Shown here in pieces: positions 49,029-59,961 of a stretch of DNA of 64,000 bases (its first letter is position 1; each line of letters begins with the position of its first letter). This stretch comes from Desulfobacterales bacterium (GTDB taxonomy: Bacteria > Desulfobacterota > Desulfobacteria > Desulfobacterales > UBA2245): assembly GCA_040771865.1 (NCBI GenBank), contig JAXGZF010000003.1:1-64000 (forward strand). Direction: 5' to 3'. A program made the position numbers and the translations under genes. The notes under the pieces are model-generated. The model was not told the DNA's origin. It saw only the letters and a list, made by a program, of their open reading frames with translations, and searched no databases.

Positions 49029-49634
49029 ATGAAAGTCAAATCCCTGATGATCACGGATCCCATCACGATCACCGAAGACGTTTCGATTCAGGAAGCCATC
49101 AAAATCATGCAGACCCATTCGATCCGGCACCTGCCCGTGGTCGGCGACCGCAATATTCTCAAGGGCTTTATTACCCTGAACGATTCCAAGCTGGGGCTGA
49201 TTCCGTCGATGCTCGGAGATGTCACCCTGAAGGACCTGATGGTCGCCAACCCGGTCACCGTGGGACCGGAAGACGACATCGAGACCGCGGCCCAGCTGAT
49301 CTATCATCACAAGATTGGCGGCATGCCGGTTGTTTCCGGGGAGAAGCTCGTCGGCATCATCACGGAAACCGACATTCTGGGGGCGTTTATCGATATGATG
49401 GGCATCCTGTCCGGAACCTCGCGGCTGGACGTGGTGATCGGCGATCAGCCCAATGCGCTGGAAACCGTTCTGAACATCATTGAAAAGAACGGCGGAGAGG
49501 TGATCCACGCCGGACGGACCGGGCAGCGGACCGGCAAGAAAATCTTCTATTTTCGCCTGGGCCGGTGCAACACCCGTCTGATTCGAAAGGCGCTTGAAAA
49601 AAGCGGATTCGAGGTCGTGTCGGCCCAGGATTGA
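49029..49634 (+). CDS. CBS-pair plus ACT-domain protein (AcuB-like)
   Basis: IRHLPVV, IGGMPVV, GIITETD; C-terminal ACT-like region. Confidence 0.85.
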   Translation: MKVKSLMITDPITITEDVSIQEAIKIMQTHSIRHLPVVGDRNILKGFITLNDSKLGLIPSMLGDVTLKDLMVANPVTVGPEDDIETAAQLIYHHKIGGMPVVSGEKLVGIITETDILGAFIDMMGILSGTSRLDVVIGDQPNALETVLNIIEKNGGEVIHAGRTGQRTGKKIFYFRLGRCNTRLIRKALEKSGFEVVSAQD

Positions 49635-49747
49635 GGCCCTTTCAGACTGTTGAAAAACCACGCCCGGCCATTTTATTCGACCACGAAGGTCGCGAGGCTT
49701 GCGCGGGTTGTTTTACCACGAAGTCCGCCGGTTCTGTTTGAAAATAC

Positions 49748-49786
49748 AAGGTCCCGGCCGCTGCTTTCAGCGGCCGGGACCTTTTT
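49748..49786. terminator. Strong, probably bidirectional terminator
   Basis: AAGGTCCCGGCCGCTG-CTTT-CAGCGGCCGGGACCTTTTT between convergent genes. Confidence 0.85.
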
Positions 49787-49866
49787 GTGAAATTCGCGTT
49801 TTCCGCTTTTTGGGGGTCCGCGGGGTCGGGGTGAACCGTCTGCCTTCGGCCCTCAGTTTTCGGCTC

Positions 49867-51951
49867 TCAACTTTCGGATTGTTCCAGCGCATTGAGCAGA
49901 AGGGTCAGGGGCCGGATCTCCTCGCTTTTTTCATCGAACTGGACGGGACCCGGATGCCGGTATTCATCGGCTTCGAAGGTTGCGGCCAGCCATTTTTCAC
50001 GAAAGGCCTTGGCGGTCTTGAAGGCCATGGCGTTGACATCCACCAGGCTCTTTTCCAGCACCAGGGTCAGTTTGCCCTTTCTGTCTTCCAGATGCATCAG
50101 GGGCGCAATCGGAATCCCGATGGGCGTCCACTGGTCAAAGGGCTTTTCCAGATTCCGAATGGCCGCCATCTGGCCGGTGGTCCCGTTGGCGATCAGGCTG
50201 AAAACCGTCAGGCCCAGGTTATAGGCATAGGCGCTGTCGAACCAGGTCGGATCGTTGCCCCTGCCGTCATACCCGTAAAAATGAATCTGGGATTTGAACT
50301 TGGGAACGGATTTCTGATAGATCTTGGAAATCGGACCGGAAATTTCATCGTCCTCATCCATGACCCCTTCCTTGACCAGCATCTGGGTCAGGGTTTTGAC
50401 CGATATGATGTTCCCTCGCATCAGCAGATACCGGTCTCCGTAGTTTTCAAACAGAATCGGTCCGTAAAAGTCCGGATCTAGCCCCCCCTCGCGCAGGGTC
50501 TTTTGAAAATACCCGCTTTCAATACCCACCCGGAACAATCCCTCCTCCCGAAGAATTTTCAGGTAGTCGGTCACCAGCCCCATGAGCACCTTGTCGGTTT
50601 CCACCTGGGAAAACTGAAAGTTTCCATGGCTGTCTCTTTCCATGAGCAGACCTTCCTGAAAAAACTCCGGAATATCGTTGAACAGGTCATCGTCCCGAGT
50701 GTTCCAGATTGAAAAGGCCTGATCCTCCCGGGAATGCCGGGCCAGCCGGCGCAGATACTCGAGCTTGTCCTCGAGCTGGGGAAAGGCCGTGTGAAAATCC
50801 GTATCATGCGTGGCGTTGTAGTCGGCGATGATGGTGTTGAGCTTGATGATGAAAATCTGAATCTCGTTGATGAATTCCAGAATCCCCTCGGGTATGACGA
50901 TCACGCCGTAATTCTTGCCCACGGCTGCCCGCCGGACAATGCCCTCGCAGATCACCCGGGACAGGCGTCGCAGGGTCATGCCGTAGGCCGTATAATCGAC
51001 GCCGTCGGCTTTGTTCAGTCGTTCCTTGTCGACATAGTCGGCCAGTTCCTCTCCGATCAGGGTCATGTTGGCATGGGTCTGAAGCGCCGTCTCCAGGGCC
51101 AGATGGCTGGCCACCCGGCCCATGACCTTGCAGATATGCCAGTATTTGACATCCGAGCTGCTGTCCGTGCACAGGCTGGCGATGGCGTTTGAAAAGGCCA
51201 TGGCGGCGGTATGGAATCCGAAGGACATGGCGCACAGGACCCGGCCGTCGGCGTCACGGACCTGAATGTCTCCGTCGATGGTCTTGGGAACGCCGATGAC
51301 CTGAATTTTGTCGGCAAACATCTCCTGAGCCAGAAAGGCGGCATTGGTGTTGGAATCATCCCCGCCCACGATCACCAGTGCGTCGAGGCCGATTTTTTTA
51401 CAGGTCTTGCGAGACAGGTCCATCTTTTTTTTGTTGTCGATCTTGGCCCGGCCGGTCTTGATCATTCCGAAACCGCCCAGGTTCCGGTAGGCATCGACCT
51501 TTTCACCCGTCAGGGGGACGAACTCGCCCTCGATGATCCCGTCCGGTCCCATCAGAAAACCAAAGATTTCATTCTGATCGTTGGCCTGCCTGGCGGCGTC
51601 GTAAAGACCCGCGATGACGTTGTGGCCGCCGGGCGCCGGGCCTCCGGAAAAAACGATTCCGATTTTCCGGGGACGATGATAGCGCTCCTTCAATGCCGGG
51701 TCCGGATTCTCAACCGCCACGACCCGCTGCACGGGATTGCCGATGATATCGGGAAGCTGCCGTCCGGCCTCACGGTCGATCTTGAAACGGTAATGCGCAT
51801 CAATCTCCAGGGCCGTGACCGGGGAAGTGAAAACCTTGCATCGGGAGGGCATGATCTTCCTTCGGTTCATCACATCGTTCGGCACGCTGTCGACAATGCT
51901 GCTGATCTTGGGATTATTGACAATGGTTTCATCAGGACTGGAATTTGACAT
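49867..51951 (-). CDS. pfp: Pyrophosphate-dependent phosphofructokinase, long type
   Basis: SGGPAPGGHNVI, GGDDSN and PKTIDGD (PPi-type signatures), MGR.ASH, GYDGR. Confidence 0.88.
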   Translation of the reverse strand: MSNSSPDETIVNNPKISSIVDSVPNDVMNRRKIMPSRCKVFTSPVTALEIDAHYRFKIDREAGRQLPDIIGNPVQRVVAVENPDPALKERYHRPRKIGIVFSGGPAPGGHNVIAGLYDAARQANDQNEIFGFLMGPDGIIEGEFVPLTGEKVDAYRNLGGFGMIKTGRAKIDNKKKMDLSRKTCKKIGLDALVIVGGDDSNTNAAFLAQEMFADKIQVIGVPKTIDGDIQVRDADGRVLCAMSFGFHTAAMAFSNAIASLCTDSSSDVKYWHICKVMGRVASHLALETALQTHANMTLIGEELADYVDKERLNKADGVDYTAYGMTLRRLSRVICEGIVRRAAVGKNYGVIVIPEGILEFINEIQIFIIKLNTIIADYNATHDTDFHTAFPQLEDKLEYLRRLARHSREDQAFSIWNTRDDDLFNDIPEFFQEGLLMERDSHGNFQFSQVETDKVLMGLVTDYLKILREEGLFRVGIESGYFQKTLREGGLDPDFYGPILFENYGDRYLLMRGNIISVKTLTQMLVKEGVMDEDDEISGPISKIYQKSVPKFKSQIHFYGYDGRGNDPTWFDSAYAYNLGLTVFSLIANGTTGQMAAIRNLEKPFDQWTPIGIPIAPLMHLEDRKGKLTLVLEKSLVDVNAMAFKTAKAFREKWLAATFEADEYRHPGPVQFDEKSEEIRPLTLLLNALEQSES

Positions 51952-52287
51952 CAGCATCCTCCGCGATCGATGACGGGATTTCGAAATATGGGTTTGAAAG
52001 CAGAAAGCGATCTTTCATGAACAGACGCAAAAATAATACCGGCTGCAAAAGCCCTGTGTCAAGACGATTTGCAGAACCGGTTTCCGGCGGGTTCGAATCC
52101 GGCGACCGTGCATCCGGTTAAGGCATTCGCAAATCCCATATATTGTATCATATGCCATGTCAGTCCACTTCAACTTGTGTTTTCTGTTTACAAGCCATTC
52201 GTTACCTGCTATTGAGAAAAGAATTTATCACGGCATGAACGGAATCGGCCGTTCGGTGCGATCTGGACACAGGGAAATTCACGCGGC

Positions 52288-55200
52288 ATGAAACTGAAGA
52301 AACTGGAACTGTCCGGTTTTAAATCTTTTCCGCAAAAGGCTGGCATCGAGTTCCCCGAGGGCATATCTGCCATTGTCGGCCCGAACGGCTGCGGGAAAAG
52401 CAACATCATCGACGCCATCCGCTGGGTCATGGGCGAACAGAACGCCCGCAACCTGAGGGGCAAGGCCATGGAGGACGTGATTTTTTCCGGCGCCAACGGA
52501 AACGCCCCCCTGAACATGGCCGAAGTGTCCATGATCCTGTCCAACGACAACGGCAGCGCCCCCGAAGAGCTGAAAGATTTTACGGAACTCATGCTGACCC
52601 GCCGTCTTTACCGGTCCGGCGAGAACGCCTATTTCCTCAACAGGCACCCCTGCCGCCTCAAGGACATTCACAACGTCTTCATGGGAAGCGGAATGGGCGC
52701 ACGGTCCTATTCCATCATCGAGCAGGGCAATATTGGAGCGATCACGGATGCGGGCCCGGAGGAGAGGCGGTTTTTCATCGAAGAAGCCGCCGGCGTGACC
52801 CGGTACAAAAGCCGGAAAAAAGAAACGCTTCGTAAGATCGAGGCCACGCAGCAGAACCTCCTGCGCCTTGACGACATCCTCTCTGAAATCAAGCGTCAGA
52901 TGGGACGGCTCAACCGTCAGGCCAAAAACGCACAGCGTTACAGGGAATACCAGCAGCGGATCGACCGGCTCGAGATCGCCATGGCACTTTGCCGATACGA
53001 CCGCGACTCTCAGGAACACGGCCGGATTCAGGCCCTGCTGCAATCCCTCAAGGACTCGGACCTGCAAAACGCGTCCAGAATCGGTTCCCTGGATGCGGCC
53101 GTGGAAACGCTCAAACTCAAATGTGCTCAAAAAAACGAAGAGATATCATCCGCCAAGGCCCTTCTGTATGAAGCCCGGCGACAGGCGGACCGGTCTGAAA
53201 GCGAACTTTCCCATCTGCGCGGGGAAGCGCAGCGCCTGGGTGTGGAGCTGGAACACCTTAAAGCCTCTCACGAGGCCCTGAATGAGAAGCACCAAAATCT
53301 TGAATTCGAAATCAACCAGACCCGGCGTCAGTTTGAAGAGATGCAGCAGGAACACGCCGAAGTCCGGGAAACCCTGGTGTCTGAAAACGCGGCGTCCCAG
53401 GACCTTCGAGGCAGGCTGGAAACCCTGAACCGCGAGGTGGAGGCGGCCAGAAAAAACCTGGCGGATCTTTCGTCCCAGGAGGCCAGATGCCGCAACATTC
53501 ATCAGAACGCCGCAGTCAACCGGCAGAACCTTCAAAGACGGCTGAAAAAAATCGACGAGGAAACGGTTCTGGCGGAAAGAAAGGTCGCCGACCTCACGCT
53601 TCAGGAACAGGAAGCCCGAAACGGCATTCAATCGGTTCAACAATCCATTGCCGCTGTGGAAGAGCAGATTGCGGCTCAGCAGGAACAGGCAACTCGAAGC
53701 CGTCAGGCGCTGGCCCTGCAGGTCCGGCATGTTCAAGAACTCGATCTGGAACGAAATCAGCTGCGTTCCCGGTATTCGGCCCTTAAAAAAATGGACGACA
53801 ACCTGGAATGGTTCAAGGACGGCGTCAAAACGCTGATCAAAGCCTTCCGGGCTCAGACCGCCGCGGACGGCGGCCCGGATTCAGACCGCCCGGCGGGCAT
53901 TCTGGCGCTTACCGCCGATGTTCTGGATGCGGCGCCGTCTTATGAAACCGCCGTGGAGACCGTTCTGGGCGACGCCCTTCAGTATCTGATTGTCGAGGAT
54001 CAGCAGGCCGGCCTGAATGCCGTCGCCTTCCTCAACGAACACAAGGCGGGCCGGTGCGGATTCATTCCGATTTCCGGCCTGCGTCCGCACTCACCGGCCG
54101 GGGCCGACCGGCTGATCGATCACGTATCGGTCAAGGCCGGTTTTGAATCCGCCGCCGAAGCGCTTCTGGGACACGCCCTGGTAGCGCCGGACCTGAAAGG
54201 CGCCATCGAGATCTTTCAGCGCAACGGACACGGCTGCGCGGTCGTCACCCCGCGAGGCGACATGATTACCCCTCAGGGCCTGATCTCAGGGGGAAGTCCG
54301 GATCATGGCTCGGGAATTCTGGCCAAGAAACAGGAGCTCAGATCCCTGGGACACCGGGTCTCCATTCTCGATGAAAAGCTCAAGGAACAGCGCCGGATTC
54401 TTTCCGATCTGGAATCCGGGGCCCGGGAGACCGAAATCCGGCTTCAGAAGCTTGGCGAAGAGAAAAACGACCTGGTCAGAGCGGAAATGGAAGCCGAAAA
54501 ATCCCATTTCAAGGCAATCGAATCCCTGAAGCACGCCCGGCGCCATCTGGAGGTCACGCTTCTGGAACAGGAGCAGCTCATGGGCGAGGAAAGCGACATC
54601 GACGAAGAGATCAGCCGGCGCCGCCTCGCTTTAAAAAACCTGGAAGAACAGGTGAAATCGGCGCAGAGCGAGGCATCGCAGGCCGCCTCAGCCGCCCGGG
54701 ACGCCGCTGCCAGGATGGATGTCTTCAACCGGAAAACCGTGGATCTGAAGCTTCGGCAGACCGCGCTGGAGGCCCGCATCGAAAATACCGGCGCCACCCT
54801 TCGAAGGCTGGTCGATTTTCAACGCGAGGCAAACAACCGTCTGAATCAGACCGTTGCCGACATCGAGGAGAAGAAACAGAGAATCATCGACGCCGGCACG
54901 TGCATTCGAGAGCTGGAGAGCGCCGTCAGCGGTTTGTATGAAAACCTGGCGCGTCTGCAGGAGGATCTTCAAAACCGGGAATCGGAATACCGCGGCATCG
55001 ACGAAGACCTGAAAAATCACGATCAGACCATCGGCGAATTGAAAAGCGAGCGGGACAAAACCCTGCAGAAGATTCATCTTCTGGAAAGCCAGAGCGCCCA
55101 GCTGGAAATCAAGCAGGAGCATGTCATCGGCATTCTCAAGGATCGTTACCAGCAGTCCGTCGGTCAGGCCCGGGCCGTTTCCGAGGGGCTGGAGCTTTCC

Positions 55201-55848
55201 GAGGATCAGATGCAGGCCGAAACAGCCGAGTTCCGCAGGCGAATGGAATCCCTCGGAGAAGTGAACCTTGCAGCCATCGGAGAATATGCCGAACTCAAAA
55301 ACCGGTTTGAATTTCTCGACGCACAGAGGAATGATCTGACCCGGGCCATCGCCGATCTGCACAAGGTGATCCGGGAGATCAACCGGATCAGTCAGGAGCG
55401 TTTTACCCGCACCTTTGACCGGATCAACGAGAAGCTCGCCGAGGTTTTTCCGAAACTGTTCAACGGCGGCGCCGCACGACTGGAACTGGCGGATGCCGGC
55501 GATCCCCTGGAGGCCGGCGTCGAATTCATGATCCATCCTCCGGGGAAAAAACTCACGCGGCTCAGCCTTCTTTCCGGCGGGGAAAAGGCTCTTTCGGCCA
55601 TCGCCTTCATCTTTGCCATATTTTTGATCAAACCCGCCTCTTTCTGCCTGCTCGATGAAATTGACGCACCCCTGGACGATGCCAACGTGGCGCGGTTCAA
55701 TGAAATGCTCAAAAGTATCGGGGACCAGTCCCAGATCATCATGATCACCCACAACAAGAAAAGCATGGAATACGCGGACAGGCTCTTCGGCATCACCATG
55801 GAGAAAAAGGGCGTCTCCAAGGTGGTGTCGGTCGATCTGAACCGCTGA
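52288..55848 (+). CDS. smc: Chromosome segregation protein SMC
   Basis: GFKSF, GPNGCGKSN, hinge, LSGGEK, LLDEIDAPLD. Confidence 0.96.
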   Translation: MKLKKLELSGFKSFPQKAGIEFPEGISAIVGPNGCGKSNIIDAIRWVMGEQNARNLRGKAMEDVIFSGANGNAPLNMAEVSMILSNDNGSAPEELKDFTELMLTRRLYRSGENAYFLNRHPCRLKDIHNVFMGSGMGARSYSIIEQGNIGAITDAGPEERRFFIEEAAGVTRYKSRKKETLRKIEATQQNLLRLDDILSEIKRQMGRLNRQAKNAQRYREYQQRIDRLEIAMALCRYDRDSQEHGRIQALLQSLKDSDLQNASRIGSLDAAVETLKLKCAQKNEEISSAKALLYEARRQADRSESELSHLRGEAQRLGVELEHLKASHEALNEKHQNLEFEINQTRRQFEEMQQEHAEVRETLVSENAASQDLRGRLETLNREVEAARKNLADLSSQEARCRNIHQNAAVNRQNLQRRLKKIDEETVLAERKVADLTLQEQEARNGIQSVQQSIAAVEEQIAAQQEQATRSRQALALQVRHVQELDLERNQLRSRYSALKKMDDNLEWFKDGVKTLIKAFRAQTAADGGPDSDRPAGILALTADVLDAAPSYETAVETVLGDALQYLIVEDQQAGLNAVAFLNEHKAGRCGFIPISGLRPHSPAGADRLIDHVSVKAGFESAAEALLGHALVAPDLKGAIEIFQRNGHGCAVVTPRGDMITPQGLISGGSPDHGSGILAKKQELRSLGHRVSILDEKLKEQRRILSDLESGARETEIRLQKLGEEKNDLVRAEMEAEKSHFKAIESLKHARRHLEVTLLEQEQLMGEESDIDEEISRRRLALKNLEEQVKSAQSEASQAASAARDAAARMDVFNRKTVDLKLRQTALEARIENTGATLRRLVDFQREANNRLNQTVADIEEKKQRIIDAGTCIRELESAVSGLYENLARLQEDLQNRESEYRGIDEDLKNHDQTIGELKSERDKTLQKIHLLESQSAQLEIKQEHVIGILKDRYQQSVGQARAVSEGLELSEDQMQAETAEFRRRMESLGEVNLAAIGEYAELKNRFEFLDAQRNDLTRAIADLHKVIREINRISQERFTRTFDRINEKLAEVFPKLFNGGAARLELADAGDPLEAGVEFMIHPPGKKLTRLSLLSGGEKALSAIAFIFAIFLIKPASFCLLDEIDAPLDDANVARFNEMLKSIGDQSQIIMITHNKKSMEYADRLFGITMEKKGVSKVVSVDLNR

Positions 55849-56029
55849 TTTTCAGGACGGCAATGAAGCCAGACATCACCGGTATGACGGGGATCTGGCG
55901 GGATTCAGGACCATGCTTTCCGCGCGGTCGTCAACCGGGTTGAAAAAAACTTTACAAAATTCCGGAGCGATACTATGGTGGCACCGTTTTATAATGCGGC
56001 GAACATGTGAAAGCGGGATGGGAGCAACC

Positions 56030-57130
56030 ATGGCCTTCGGCTGGTTTAAAAGAAAAAAAGACAGTCATCAGGACATTCAAGATTCAAATATCAGCCTGCC
56101 GGGCGAGATGGACGGCGCCTGCCCGGCGGCGAAGACCGCTGAAGCCGTGGGCGAATCCGGGGAGTGTGAAGCGAAAATTGACGGCGAAGAAAATTTCACC
56201 GGTGTTTCACCGTCGTCGCCGGAACCGGAAAGCTTTTTCACACGCCTGAAAAACCGGCTTTCCCGTACGCGAAAATCTTTTTCCCAAGGCTTGGATTCGC
56301 TTTTCGCCGGAAAACCGGGCGTCACCCCCGAGATGCTCGATGACCTCGAAGAGCTGCTGATCACCTCGGATCTCGGCGTTGAAACCGCCACGGAGCTGAT
56401 CGGCCGCATTTCCCGAAAAGCCTCCGGAATTCCCGACGCCAATGCCCTGAAGCTCGCCCTGAAAGAGGAGATCCGGTCACTGATCGTTATTCCGTCCGAA
56501 AAACAGGCCCGAATGAAGACCAGACCGCATGTAGTCCTGGTTCTGGGCGTCAACGGGGTGGGCAAGACCACCACCATCGGAAAACTCGCGGCCAGGGCGT
56601 CCCGCGATGGGAAAAAAGTGATCATTGCCGCGGCCGATACCTTTCGCGCGGCCGCCGTCGAACAGCTGACCATATGGGCGGAGCGCTCCGGAGCGGATAT
56701 CGTCAAACACAAGGCCGGCGCAGATCCGGCCGCCGTGGCCTATGACGCCGTCGAAGCGGCCAGAGCCCGAGCTGCGGACATCGTACTGATCGATACGGCA
56801 GGGCGGATCCATACCAGGACCAACCTGATGGAAGAACTCAAAAAGATCAAACGTTCCATCTCAAAAGCAATGCCGGACGCGCCGCACGAGATATTGCTGA
56901 TTCTGGACGCCACCACGGGACAGAATGCCATGTCCCAGGCCAGGCTGTTTCATGAATCCATCGGAGTTACCGGAATTGCCATGACCAAGCTGGACGGCAC
57001 TGCCAAAGGCGGCATCGTGGTCGGCATCTGCAATTCGCTGAAAATTCCCATGCGATACATCGGAATCGGCGAGCAGATCGAGGACCTTCAGGAGTTTGAT
57101 CCGGACCGGTTTGTAGACGCGCTTTTCTGA
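56030..57130 (+). CDS. ftsY: SRP receptor FtsY
   Basis: GVNGVGKTTT, DTFRAAA, DTAGR, TKLDGTAKGG. Confidence 0.96.
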   Translation: MAFGWFKRKKDSHQDIQDSNISLPGEMDGACPAAKTAEAVGESGECEAKIDGEENFTGVSPSSPEPESFFTRLKNRLSRTRKSFSQGLDSLFAGKPGVTPEMLDDLEELLITSDLGVETATELIGRISRKASGIPDANALKLALKEEIRSLIVIPSEKQARMKTRPHVVLVLGVNGVGKTTTIGKLAARASRDGKKVIIAAADTFRAAAVEQLTIWAERSGADIVKHKAGADPAAVAYDAVEAARARAADIVLIDTAGRIHTRTNLMEELKKIKRSISKAMPDAPHEILLILDATTGQNAMSQARLFHESIGVTGIAMTKLDGTAKGGIVVGICNSLKIPMRYIGIGEQIEDLQEFDPDRFVDALF

Positions 57131-57235
57131 TGCGGCGCTCAGCATGATCTGTTTGAAAAAATCTTGTTGACAGCCTTGTCAGGCTGAAGTAGACGATGAA
57201 AAGAATGTCAACCTATTAAACAAGGGGGTTTGCAC

Positions 57236-57508
57236 ATGACGAAAGCAGAACTGATCACGAAAATGGCTCAAGATGCACAGATTACCAAAGCTGCGGCCTC
57301 TGCAGCGCTCAATTCCTTCATGGACGGCGTCGCGAAAGCATTGAAGAAAAAAGAGGGCAGAGTGACGCTGGTTGGATTCGGCACCTTTTCCAAAAGCCGG
57401 CGCAAGGCAAGAAACGGACGCAATCCGCAAACCGGCGAGCCCATCAAGATCAAGGCCGCCAATGTGGTGAAATTCCGGCCCGGCAAAAAGCTCAAGGAAA
57501 ACATCTAA
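57236..57508 (+). CDS. hup: HU-family DNA-binding protein
   Basis: MTKAELI, VGFGTF, GRNPQTG, FRPGK.LK. Confidence 0.95.
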   Translation: MTKAELITKMAQDAQITKAAASAALNSFMDGVAKALKKKEGRVTLVGFGTFSKSRRKARNGRNPQTGEPIKIKAANVVKFRPGKKLKENI

Positions 57509-57534
57509 TCGCGAATTGAGCAGCACGTTTCAGA

Positions 57535-57566
57535 GGCGGTTTATCGTCACGATAAACCGCCCTTTT
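57535..57566 (+). terminator. Intrinsic terminator
   Basis: GGCGGTTTATCG-TCA-CGATAAACCGCC followed by CTTTT. Confidence 0.8.
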
Positions 57567-57612
57567 AATTCCGCTGCAATCCGATTCGATGCGGCGTCAT
57601 TTTAACACCCTG

Positions 57613-57894
57613 TTAATACCGTATTTCAAAGCCGCTGAATTCCCCCTGATATTTTTCCCATATCAGATCCATGTCCGTGACCGCCGCAAAGGGGGGGCCG
57701 CTGCGGCACCATTTCAGCATCTCGTCCACGGCGCCCGGATTCGACTCAAACACCGCCTCAACGGTTCGGTCCGGATTGTTTTTAACCCAGCCGCGAATTC
57801 CGAGGCTTTCGGCCATGTTCCGGGTTTCGGCTCTGAAAAACACGCCCTGCACTCTGCCGTGAATGATTACATGCGCTCTGACTCGTTTTTCCAA
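57613..57894 (-). CDS. acyP: Acylphosphatase
   Basis: GRVQGVFFR, GWVKN, GPP; TTG start with GAGG SD. Confidence 0.92.
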   Translation of the reverse strand: MEKRVRAHVIIHGRVQGVFFRAETRNMAESLGIRGWVKNNPDRTVEAVFESNPGAVDEMLKWCRSGPPFAAVTDMDLIWEKYQGEFSGFEIRY

Positions 57895-57989
57895 GATTTA
57901 CCTCGCAAGGGTTTTCATGATCGTAAATGTATTTCTGACGGCGATGCGCAAAATTCGGACATTTCCTTCGACACGCGGATTCCGGGTCT

Positions 57990-59855
57990 TCAGGTCCGCA
58001 ATTTTTGGATCAGATCGTCGTACTCGGCCTCGGTGAGAATCCGGGTTCCGAATTCTTCGGCTTTTTTAAGCTTCGAAGCGCCGACATTTTCGCCGCAGAT
58101 CAGAAAATCCGTATTCCGGCCGACCGCGGACTGAACGTTAGCGCCCAGGCTTCGGGCCTCGGCCTGCATCTGATTCCGGTCACCGCGGATCATCCTGCCG
58201 GTAAAGACCAGAAACTTTCCGGCAATGGGATTTTTCGGAATCTTCGATTCGCCGGCAAGCGGTGTGCGTCTAAGGTTAAATTCCAGGTTCAGCATGTGCC
58301 GAATAGTCTCCCGCCACCTTGCGATATCCTCTGTGATGGCCCGGCTGGTAATCGGACCGAACCCGTGTATCTTCTCGATATCTTCGGCCTGTGCATTCAG
58401 AAGATCTTCCAGGCGGATGTGCGCCAGTATTTTCCGGCTGTCTCCACTGCCGAGATCCGAGATGCCGAAAGCCGCCAGAAACCGCCAATCCTCGACCGGC
58501 TGGGTTCTGCTCAGCACAAGGGCCTCGGCGAGATTCCTGGACTGAACCGGCCCGAAGCCCATGGCGGCAAAATCGCTCTCCTCAAGCTGATAGATTTTTT
58601 CCAGCGTGTCCCGGCCGCTTTCCACGATTTTTTCAATGGTTTTGATTCCGAACCAGTCCGCCGTTGCCAGGGTTTTGAACCAGTGGCTGATTCGCTGCAC
58701 CACCTGGGCCCGGCACAGGAAATTGCCGCACCTTAAAAAATCGTTGTTCCATTCAAGGGACTGGCCGCATGAGGGGCACTGATCCGGAATGAGGACCTGT
58801 GCGGCTTCGGAAATCACGCCTTCGAGTTTGGGAATCACCTCTCCGCTTCGAATCACCTCGATCTCGGATCCGGGTCCGATGCGGTGCTTTTTGACCAGAC
58901 CGGCATGATGCGCGGTGACATGTCGAATCGTGGCGCCGGAAAGCGATACCGGCTCAATTTCCATCACCGGCGTGACATTGCCGGTTCTGCCCACCTGCCA
59001 CCGGACGTTCAGAACCCGCGCGACCGCCGTGTCGCCCTTGGTCTTGACAGCGATCTGCCAACGGTAATGGTGGGCCGTTGCACCCATGGCCTCCCTGATC
59101 CGGTCGTCGGTCGCCTCGACCACAACCCCGTCCACCGGGTAATCGGTCCGGGCGATCAGATCGGCGGCGATGCTTCTGATCCGGGACAGCAGTTCGCGGC
59201 CTGTTCCGGTCCAGCAGGGCGCATCGCTGTACGGAACAAAGCGAACGGCCTGTGCGTCCAGCGCCTTTCGAGCATTGGGATTGACCGTGTCCGAGGAGAC
59301 GATGCCCACAACCATGTTTCTGGGATGTTCAAATGCATCCGCCAGATGCTTGTCAAAATAGGATTTGACGACCACCAGCTCGCCAAGGCCTCTGCCACGG
59401 CCGCCTGCGGCAATGACGCCCTTGTCGAATACGTTGCTGATCTCATAGCCGACCTCGCCGTTTCCCCGGGTGACAAAAACCGATCCGTCGTCCCGGCCGG
59501 CCAGCCCGTCGAGCTTGGGCGTGACCTTGAAGCGCACCTCGGCCACGCCGATGGCCTGCGCTTCTTTTTCAACACGGACGACAAAGCGTTCCAGGGCCGC
59601 TTCGGTATAGGCCTTTTCCGTTGACAGCATGGGAACCGGATGCCGGACCTGCTTCCGGGATTCGAATTTTTCGGGTTCGACCGCGTGCAGAAAGGGATGG
59701 GCGGGATCCAGGCGGCGAAGCTCTTCAACCAGCTGGTCGTAGTACTGATCGCTGACCAGCGGGTTTCCGCTTCGATAGGCCTCGTTGTATTTTTTCAGAT
59801 CCGCGGCCAGCGCTTCGATGTCTTTGATCGCGTTCAATTCACACTTTTCCAGCAC
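57990..59855 (-). CDS. ligA: NAD-dependent DNA ligase
   Basis: HPVPMLS, KLDG, TRGNG, DGVV, QVGRTG, SGEVIP, C4 zinc finger, BRCT. Confidence 0.9.
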   Translation of the reverse strand: MLEKCELNAIKDIEALAADLKKYNEAYRSGNPLVSDQYYDQLVEELRRLDPAHPFLHAVEPEKFESRKQVRHPVPMLSTEKAYTEAALERFVVRVEKEAQAIGVAEVRFKVTPKLDGLAGRDDGSVFVTRGNGEVGYEISNVFDKGVIAAGGRGRGLGELVVVKSYFDKHLADAFEHPRNMVVGIVSSDTVNPNARKALDAQAVRFVPYSDAPCWTGTGRELLSRIRSIAADLIARTDYPVDGVVVEATDDRIREAMGATAHHYRWQIAVKTKGDTAVARVLNVRWQVGRTGNVTPVMEIEPVSLSGATIRHVTAHHAGLVKKHRIGPGSEIEVIRSGEVIPKLEGVISEAAQVLIPDQCPSCGQSLEWNNDFLRCGNFLCRAQVVQRISHWFKTLATADWFGIKTIEKIVESGRDTLEKIYQLEESDFAAMGFGPVQSRNLAEALVLSRTQPVEDWRFLAAFGISDLGSGDSRKILAHIRLEDLLNAQAEDIEKIHGFGPITSRAITEDIARWRETIRHMLNLEFNLRRTPLAGESKIPKNPIAGKFLVFTGRMIRGDRNQMQAEARSLGANVQSAVGRNTDFLICGENVGASKLKKAEEFGTRILTEAEYDDLIQKLRT

Positions 59856-59961
59856 CGGATTGTCCGACAGGGGGCAAAAGCCTGTTGACGGCGGCTGTCG
59901 GGGTTTTTTCGAAAAGGCTTTGAAGGAATCGGCAGCCGCATTACAAAACCGGCTGAAAAAC

